Origin: Gemmatimonadota bacterium
GTDB taxonomy: Bacteria; Gemmatimonadota; Gemmatimonadetes; Longimicrobiales; Gaopeijiaceae
DNA length: 64,000 nt
Assembly (NCBI GenBank): GCA_039589315.1
Contig: JBDHHQ010000021.1
Location: 1-64,000, forward strand
Reading direction: 5' to 3'
In this document: positions 57,573 through 64,000 of the stretch, one piece after another
How positions within the stretch are numbered: position 1 is the stretch's first letter
Layout of the letters: each line of letters begins with the position of its first letter
Translations under genes and position numbers: made by a program
The notes under the pieces: generated by a model
Told to the model about the DNA's origin: nothing
The model's database searches: none
What the model saw: only the letters and a program-made list of their open reading frames with translations

Positions 57573-60295
57573 CACCCTTGGTGCCGAGCGCTCCGCCGCT
57601 CTGGCTTCGGATTCTGAGCTGGCTGCTTCCGCGGAGGCACCGCGAGCTGGTGCTGGGCGACCTCTACGAGGAGTACACCGAGCTGATCCGGCCACGACGG
57701 GGCGCGGTGCGGAGCCGGATCTGGCTGGTTCGCCAGGCCGTCGCGAGCGCCGGCTCGGGGCTCGCGCACCGAGTCTACGACCTCTTCCGCACCCCTCTCA
57801 GCCAACCCGGACCGGGCGGCCCCAAATCGCCTCGAGGCCAGATGGACATCCTGAATCAAGATCTCAAGTATGCCGTGCGCCGCCTCTTCGGCAGCCCAGG
57901 CTTCACCTTCGTAGCCATCCTGAGCCTGGCACTCGGGATCGGCGCCAACACGGCGCTGTTCACGGTCGTCAACCGGCTCATGCTCGAAGGTGTGGGCCTC
58001 TCCGACCCGGCCACCCTTGTCCAGATCTACACGAGCGAGGAGGACGGCTATCCGTACTCCACGAGCTCATACCCCGACTACTTCGACCTCCGGGAACAGA
58101 ACGAGGTCTTCGAGGACGTAGTGGCTCACGCCATGTTCTTCGCCCAGTCCGAGGTAGACGGCGGAGAGCCCATGCTCTCCATGGGCGAGGTAGTGAGCGG
58201 CAACTACTTCGACGTGCTGGGCATCCGGCCCGCGTTGGGCCGGGGCTTCCTCCCCGAGGAGGACGCGACCCCCGAGACCCACACCGTGGTGGTGATCGGC
58301 TTCGAGTACTGGCAGCGGGTGTTCGCCGGCGATCCGGCGGTGGTGGGTCGGACGCTACGGATCCTACGGCGGCCCTACACGATCGTCGGTGTGGCACCCG
58401 AGGGGTTCGGTGGCATGTGGCCCGGGATCGAGGTCGACATGTGGGTGCCGTCCATGATGACCGACCACGTCAACCGGGCGTTCGGCGGGACCCGGCTCGA
58501 GAATCGCGGGAGCCGTTCGCTCTTCCTGACCGCGAGGCTGGCAGCGGGCGTGACGCCGGACCAGGCAGCGGAGTACGTCGCGACCTTCTCCCGGGGCCTC
58601 GAGGGAGCCTACGCGGACACCAACGACGGCCGGATCATGACGGCCCTTCCAGCCGAGGACGTGGCCCTCCACCCATTCGTGGACCGGGCGCTCCTGCCCG
58701 TGGCGGGCCTCCTCTTCGCCGTCGTGGGGCTGGTCCTGTTGATCGCGTGCACCAACCTGGCCAGCTTCCTGCTGGCTCGCGGCGCGGACCGGAAGAAGGA
58801 GATCGCGGTGCGGCTGGCCCTGGGCGCGAGACGGTGGACGCTGATCCGGCAGCTCATGACCGAGACGGTCGTGTTGGCTGTGCTCGGCGGTTTGGGCGGC
58901 CTGCTGCTGGCCCAGTGGACGCTCTCGCTGGTGGTGGGCTTCCAGCCGCCCATTCCGATCCCGATCAACCTGGATCTCAGCCCGGACGGAACGGTGCTCT
59001 GGTTCACGCTGTTGATCGCCGTCGCCGCCGGCATGCTGTTCGGCCTGGTGCCGGCGCTGCAATCCACCAGGCCCGACGTGGCGCCTACCCTGAGGGACGA
59101 GTCCGGTGCGGTGGCTGGCGGCCGTTCCCGGTGGAGCCTCCGGAACGGCCTGGTCGTGGCGCAGGTGGGCTTGTCTTTCGTGCTGCTCATCGGAGCGGGA
59201 CTGTTCGTCCGCAGCTTGCAAAAGGCCCAATCCATCGACCCCGGCTTCGACACGAGCGCCGCTGCCATGGTGTGGCCCAACATGGAGATGAGCTACATCA
59301 CCGAGGAGGAGGGGGCCGTTCTGTGGGAGGAGCTGGTCCAACGAGCCGCAGCGCTGCCCGGTGTAACAGGCGTGACGCTGGCCGACCGCATCCCCCTCGG
59401 CTTCGCGGTGCAGACCACGAACCTGCTCCCGGACGGAGTCGCGCCACCCGAGGACCTGGACGCCTTCGCGGTAGATCACGCGGTCATCGACGAGCACTAC
59501 TTCGAGGTCATGGCCGTGCCAGTCGTGGCGGGTCGCGGGTTCGCACCCACCGACGTAGCCGAAAACGAGCCCGTTGTGGTCGTGAGCGCGGCCTTCGCCC
59601 GTCGGTTCTGGCCCGGAGAAGCGGCTCTCGGCAGGACCCTGAGTCGCCGGGATCGAGAGTACCGGGTGGTGGGCGTGGCGCGGGATACGAAGGTACGGAC
59701 CCTGGGCGAGTCGCCCCGGCCCTACGTGTACTTCGCACACCGGCAGAACTACAGTCCGGTCCTCAACATCGTCGTTCACGGCATCCTCCCCGAACCCGAG
59801 CTCCTCGGGCAGCTGCAGACCATGGTGCGGGAGACCCGCTCGGATCTGGTGGTGCTCAGTGCGTCGACCATGAGGGAGCACCTGGCGCTTCCGCTCTACG
59901 CCCCGCGCATGGCCGCCATGCTGCTGGGGGTCTTCGGTGGTCTGGCTCTCGTGCTGTCGGGAATCGGTCTGTATGGCGTCGTCAGCTACTCGGTGGCGCG
60001 GCGGACCCGTGAGGTGGGCATTCGGATGTCGCTCGGAGCCGACGCACGCAAGGTGGTTGGCATGGTGGTCGCCGGCGGCATGCGACTCGTCGCCGTAGGT
60101 GGGATTCTCGGCCTGATTCTGTCGGCGACGGTAACCTGGCTCCTGTCTCGCTTCCTCTACGGCATCAGCACGACGGACGTCGCCACCTTCGTGGCCATCC
60201 CGCTGGTCCTGACCGCAGTGGCCATGGTGGCGGCGTTCATCCCCGCCCGACGCGCGAGCCGGGTGAATCCGGTGGAGGCGCTCCGGACGGAGTGA
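57569..60295 (+). CDS. ADOP-type duplicated MacB/FtsX ABC permease
   Basis: LGDLYEEY prefix; QDLKYAVRRL..SPGF, LALGIGANTA, LLIACTNLA, EIAVRLALGA, RTREVGIRMSLGA, PARRASRVNPVEALR; GTGA overlap with padR. Confidence 0.93.
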   Translation: MTPLVPSAPPLWLRILSWLLPRRHRELVLGDLYEEYTELIRPRRGAVRSRIWLVRQAVASAGSGLAHRVYDLFRTPLSQPGPGGPKSPRGQMDILNQDLKYAVRRLFGSPGFTFVAILSLALGIGANTALFTVVNRLMLEGVGLSDPATLVQIYTSEEDGYPYSTSSYPDYFDLREQNEVFEDVVAHAMFFAQSEVDGGEPMLSMGEVVSGNYFDVLGIRPALGRGFLPEEDATPETHTVVVIGFEYWQRVFAGDPAVVGRTLRILRRPYTIVGVAPEGFGGMWPGIEVDMWVPSMMTDHVNRAFGGTRLENRGSRSLFLTARLAAGVTPDQAAEYVATFSRGLEGAYADTNDGRIMTALPAEDVALHPFVDRALLPVAGLLFAVVGLVLLIACTNLASFLLARGADRKKEIAVRLALGARRWTLIRQLMTETVVLAVLGGLGGLLLAQWTLSLVVGFQPPIPIPINLDLSPDGTVLWFTLLIAVAAGMLFGLVPALQSTRPDVAPTLRDESGAVAGGRSRWSLRNGLVVAQVGLSFVLLIGAGLFVRSLQKAQSIDPGFDTSAAAMVWPNMEMSYITEEEGAVLWEELVQRAAALPGVTGVTLADRIPLGFAVQTTNLLPDGVAPPEDLDAFAVDHAVIDEHYFEVMAVPVVAGRGFAPTDVAENEPVVVVSAAFARRFWPGEAALGRTLSRRDREYRVVGVARDTKVRTLGESPRPYVYFAHRQNYSPVLNIVVHGILPEPELLGQLQTMVRETRSDLVVLSASTMREHLALPLYAPRMAAMLLGVFGGLALVLSGIGLYGVVSYSVARRTREVGIRMSLGADARKVVGMVVAGGMRLVAVGGILGLILSATVTWLLSRFLYGISTTDVATFVAIPLVLTAVAMVAAFIPARRASRVNPVEALRTE

Positions 60296-60304
60296 TTCGG
60301 GGGA

Positions 60305-60335
60305 GCCGGGGGGCCGCGTGGCACGGCCCCCCGGC
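60305..60335. terminator. Hairpin between convergent genes
   Basis: Perfect 12-bp stem GCCGGGGGGCCG / CGGCCCCCCGGC with 7-nt loop; no U-tract. Confidence 0.6.
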
Positions 60336-60388
60336 CGGAGCGTCCAGGCTGTCGCGCCGTGAGGTCGAACGTTCGGGGACGCCTCGAC

Positions 60389-60922
60389 TCAGGCCATGCC
60401 CAGGAGCCGGGCGAAGATGGCGGCGATCCCCGCCATGAAGAGGGCTCCGACGAAGACGGCGGCCCAGCCCAGTCCCACGGTGGCAATGGCCTTGCCGGTG
60501 GAGAAGTCCAGGGCCTGGCGGACGGCGATCACACCGGCGATCAGCACCCAGATGCCCACGATGCCCCTGAGGAGGCCGTCGGGCACGAAGGGTACGATAC
60601 CCAGGAAGAGCAGGACGTTGGGAGCCTGGGCGAAGCCCAGCGTGCGCAGGAGCTCTCCCCAATCAGCGGTTCCTTCGAACAGCCTCGAACCCACCAGATA
60701 GGTGATACCTGCCCAGATTCCCCAGCCGACCAGCACCCACCCGGATTGAAAGACGGCCTCGAACAGGCCGACGTCGCTGGCGCCGATCCCGGAGGCCACA
60801 GCCCCCAGGAACACCACCAGGCCGGCCTGACCCGTCGCCGTCTGGTCGTGCTCGACTTCCTCATACGTTTGGATGTCGAGCATCGCCGCGCCCTTCATCC
60901 GGTCGATCAATCCCTGTGCCAT
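60389..60922 (-). CDS. YIP1-family membrane protein
   Basis: GGAGG RBS; YEEVEHD..ATGQA, LLRTLGFAQAP, AVRQALD. Confidence 0.8.
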   Translation of the reverse strand: MAQGLIDRMKGAAMLDIQTYEEVEHDQTATGQAGLVVFLGAVASGIGASDVGLFEAVFQSGWVLVGWGIWAGITYLVGSRLFEGTADWGELLRTLGFAQAPNVLLFLGIVPFVPDGLLRGIVGIWVLIAGVIAVRQALDFSTGKAIATVGLGWAAVFVGALFMAGIAAIFARLLGMA

Positions 60923-60971
60923 CGGTGCCTCCCAGGAGGTGGGTTCGGAGATCCGCTCATCGGGTCGTGCG

Positions 60972-61838
60972 TCAGCGCAGCCCCGTGTCACGCATCCATG
61001 CGTCTATCACGGACCCAATGTCCGCCGGCGGTTCGGAGCCGTCGGCGTCTCGTCGAGCGGCGTCCGTGATCACATGATACGTGAATGGCCTTCCAGGCGC
61101 CCGTAGCGCGTCGATGAGGGCCATCGTCTCCGCGGGGGCGCCCGGGCCCCATTCGCCCAACAACCAGAGCGCCGGAACGTCCAGCTCGGCCAGCTCCGAC
61201 TCCGCGACGTCTCCGCCTTCGGGGACGATAGGAGTGCCGACCATCACCACGAACGCGAGGTCGTCGGAGCGGGACGCGGCTTGCGACGCGACGGAGCCCC
61301 CCTCGCTCAGATCCAGGATTCCCAGGCGGGTCCAGCGAACGTCGGATTGCGCCCGGAGGAAGCCCAGCGCCGCCAGCGCGTTGTCGGTGAGCGTGGCGGT
61401 TGCGCGGTCACTCATGGCCGAGCCGCCGCCCTGATCCAGGACCGTCAGCGCCACGATACCGGCCCGGGCCAGAGCATCGCCGAGATCCCCGAGGTGGCTG
61501 GCGGCCTGCCCGGCGGTGGCCCCGACCACCGCCACGGCCGGGTGGGGTCCCGGTTCCGGAGGTACGTGCAGCACCCCGTCGAGTGGCGTGACCCCTCTGG
61601 CGAACGTCACCTCCTCGACCCGGGGGGGCAGCGGCGCCTGCGGTTCCAGGGTCGCTTCGCTGGACGCAGCGGGCTCATCGGGCAGGAAGATCCACAGGAA
61701 CACGACCGGGATGGCTGCAACGGCCGCCACCACTCCGACCAGGATCAGCCCACCTTTGAGAAGGCTCCCCAGCTTCCGGAGGAAGGGAGGTCCCCTGCGG
61801 GTGCGCTTCCGGTCCATGGGTGAGCGCGGTATGTCCAT
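60972..61838 (-). CDS. Membrane-anchored alpha/beta-hydrolase-fold protein, probably degenerate
   Basis: LDGVLHVP..PGPHPAV, ALGFLRAQSDV, ILDLSEGG, LDVPALWLLGE. Confidence 0.65.
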   Translation of the reverse strand: MDIPRSPMDRKRTRRGPPFLRKLGSLLKGGLILVGVVAAVAAIPVVFLWIFLPDEPAASSEATLEPQAPLPPRVEEVTFARGVTPLDGVLHVPPEPGPHPAVAVVGATAGQAASHLGDLGDALARAGIVALTVLDQGGGSAMSDRATATLTDNALAALGFLRAQSDVRWTRLGILDLSEGGSVASQAASRSDDLAFVVMVGTPIVPEGGDVAESELAELDVPALWLLGEWGPGAPAETMALIDALRAPGRPFTYHVITDAARRDADGSEPPADIGSVIDAWMRDTGLR

Positions 61839-61892
61839 TCCCAGCCTCTCCTCCGCGACGCCGGCAGTGACTGACGAGGCCCTCCGGCCAGG

Positions 61893-62267
61893 CTACTCCA
61901 CCTGCCCGATCAGGCTCGATATGCGCTCCGGTCCGAGCCCCAACCGGCTTCCCACCCGGATCAGCAGGATCTTCTCGTCGCGGTGCAGGGCGCGGTCAGC
62001 GATGGAGACGCACGCCGCCGCCCGCATGATCGCCTCCCGCTCCCCCTCGTCGAAGGCCTGGGCGGCTGTGACCAGAAGCTCGTCGAGGTCCGGCTGCTCG
62101 GCCTCGATGGCATCCATCTCCTGGTCGATGGCCGCCCGAGTCAACGGTGCGCCGAACAGGCGCTGATGGACATCCGACATCATCTCGATCTCGGATGTGA
62201 GAACCCGGCGGTCGGCCATCATCATCAACACCATCACGCGGCGCACGGTGGCGGAGAGGTCAGTCAT
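61893..62267 (-). CDS. TerB-family protein
   Basis: MMMADRRVLTSE and VSIADRALHRDE twin ADxxxxxxE motifs; RLGL. Confidence 0.75.
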   Translation of the reverse strand: MTDLSATVRRVMVLMMMADRRVLTSEIEMMSDVHQRLFGAPLTRAAIDQEMDAIEAEQPDLDELLVTAAQAFDEGEREAIMRAAACVSIADRALHRDEKILLIRVGSRLGLGPERISSLIGQVE

Positions 62268-62360
62268 GATACGCGGGTTCGAAGGAGGTCCGATGCTCCG
62301 CCAGTCTAACGGTTGCTCGCGGAGGGCCATCAGCCACAGGTTTACCGTTCGCCCATCAAC

Positions 62361-64000
62361 ATGGACCCGGCTACGGACCTGGCAAAGCTCGAAGGAGAGT
62401 CGTTGCTCGACGAAAGAGGGGAGGGCAGGACCCTGCCGGGCCCCCATCGAAGACGAACGAGCGTGCCAAGGCTCCTGGCCGTGCTGGTCCTGGCGGCCGC
62501 CGCGCCACTCGGTGCTCAGGACCTGAAGGAGAGGGCCGCGGCCTCCTCCGTTCGAGCCACGCGGCCGCAGGTCATCGCGACGGCGACGACGTCGGAGGTC
62601 CGAATCGATGGGCGTCTCGACGAGCCCGTGTGGCAGGCGGCCCCTTCGGCCACCGATTTCGTCCAGGCTGAGCCCAGGGAAGGTCAGCCGGCCACCGAGG
62701 CGACGGAGGTCTGGATCGCCTACGACGAGGACAACCTGTACGTAGCGGTCAGGCTGCGCGACTCCGATCCGTCCGGCATCGTCGTCAACGACATCAAGAA
62801 GGACTTCGCGGAGGGCAGCCAGGACGTCTTCACGGTCATTCTCGACACCTTTCAGGACCGCAGGAACGGGTACGTCTTCATGACCAACCCGGGCGGCGCA
62901 CGGGGCGATCGGCAGATCGCCGGCGAGGGTCGGGAGGTGAACGGAAGCTGGGACGCCATCTGGCTCGTGGAGACGCAGATCGACGACGCGGGCTGGACTG
63001 TGGAGATGGCCATCCCGTTCCGGACCCTGCGCTTCGACCCGGAGCGGGCGGGCACCTGGGGGATAAACTTCAGCCGCTACATCCGGCGCAAGAACGAGCA
63101 GGTCTACTGGGCACCCGTGCCGCGCTCGTACAACATCATGCGCCTGTCGCTCGCGGGCGACCTCACCGGGCTACCGCAGGCGTCGGCCGGCCGTGATTTG
63201 CGCCTCACGCCCTACGCGCTGGGCCGGACCGTTCGGGAGACCGGTGGCGAGTCCTTCGACAACGACGCGGAGCTCGGGGGCGACCTGAAATACGGGATCA
63301 CCGATGGGCTCACGCTCGATCTCACGGTCAATCCGGACTTCGCCCAGGTGGAGGCCGACGTTCAGCGCGTGAACCTGACCCAGTTCTCTCTCTTCTTCCA
63401 GGAGAAGCGGGATTTCTTCCTGGAGAATTCCGGTATCTTCTACGTGGGAGACCTGGCGCGGAACGTGAGGGTCAGCAACATCCCCCGGGCCGACGAGGAC
63501 CTCGTGGTCTTCTTCAGCCGCCGCATCGGCATCGGCTCGGAGGGGGAGCAGATTCCCATCTACGGCGGTGCTCGGATCACGGGCCGCGTGCCGGGAGGCG
63601 TGAGCCTCGGAGCCCTGTGGATGCGGACGCACGAGCTCGACGAGAACCCCGAGTCGGACTACGGCGTGGTCCGCCTGCGGAAGAACCTGTTCGCCGGGTC
63701 GGACATCGGCGGGATCTTCCTGGTGCGGAACTCGGTGAACCGTGCCGAGGACCACAACATGGTGTACGGTCTCGACTCCTACATCCGCTTCCCGGGTGAC
63801 GTGGACTGGAGCGCCTATGGCCTGTTCACCGAGACCCCGAGCATCAGCGCGGGAGAGTACGTCTGGCGGACCTCCCTGAACCGGGAGGGCAACTTCCATC
63901 ACATCAAGTTCGGCGTCATGCAGATCGGCGAGGGCTTCAATTCCGATCTCAGCTTCTACCGGCGGGTTGGCGTCAGGAAGTACTTCATCGATTGGGGGAT
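62361..64000 (+). CDS. Second DUF5916 / CBM9-like protein (runs off window; start 62361 or GTG 62463)
   Basis: Manual translation: RLLAVLVLAAAAPLGA-Q, IDGRLDEPVW, LDTFQDRRNGY, WDAIW, EMAIPFRTLRF, DLTVNPDFAQVEAD...NLTQFSLFFQEKRDFFLE. Confidence 0.88.
   Translation, partial: MDPATDLAKLEGESLLDERGEGRTLPGPHRRRTSVPRLLAVLVLAAAAPLGAQDLKERAAASSVRATRPQVIATATTSEVRIDGRLDEPVWQAAPSATDFVQAEPREGQPATEATEVWIAYDEDNLYVAVRLRDSDPSGIVVNDIKKDFAEGSQDVFTVILDTFQDRRNGYVFMTNPGGARGDRQIAGEGREVNGSWDAIWLVETQIDDAGWTVEMAIPFRTLRFDPERAGTWGINFSRYIRRKNEQVYWAPVPRSYNIMRLSLAGDLTGLPQASAGRDLRLTPYALGRTVRETGGESFDNDAELGGDLKYGITDGLTLDLTVNPDFAQVEADVQRVNLTQFSLFFQEKRDFFLENSGIFYVGDLARNVRVSNIPRADEDLVVFFSRRIGIGSEGEQIPIYGGARITGRVPGGVSLGALWMRTHELDENPESDYGVVRLRKNLFAGSDIGGIFLVRNSVNRAEDHNMVYGLDSYIRFPGDVDWSAYGLFTETPSISAGEYVWRTSLNREGNFHHIKFGVMQIGEGFNSDLSFYRRVGVRKYFIDWG

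Noticed and set aside
61893..62267. TerB gene as part of a ter or anti-phage island
   Set aside because: Solitary, with no other ter or defence genes nearby.

Overview
GC-rich bacterial chromosomal window with about 55 protein-coding genes, two of them cut by the window edges. I recognised no rRNA, tRNA, CRISPR array, transposase or phage gene. The gene content (PadR plus ADOP permease, two DUF5916 proteins, a VPS10/BNR hydrolase, NHL propellers, many lipoproteins) suggests Gemmatimonadota or an Acidobacteriota-like lineage; this is inference. The most interesting items are: (1) an 8-gene A1-type heme-copper oxidase operon (33685-39231) whose subunit I keeps the O2-reducing site and D-channel core but has lost the canonical K-channel residues and gained membrane-embedded glutamates, with a split subunit III and a subunit IV-cytochrome c fusion; (2) a cytoplasmic RdhA-like reductive dehalogenase with no Tat signal or rdhB, lying behind an amino-acid permease; (3) a possible cohesin-like lipoprotein paired with a dockerin-tailed M6 protease; (4) a formate-THF ligase with the eukaryote-type insertion and a structured, partly ZTP-like leader; (5) stand-alone PAL-like NHL enzymes; (6) several non-coding structures (sigma54-like promoters, a pseudoknot-capable intergenic segment, a PadR operator). 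All product calls come from motif recognition by eye, with no database search, and many start codons are estimates.
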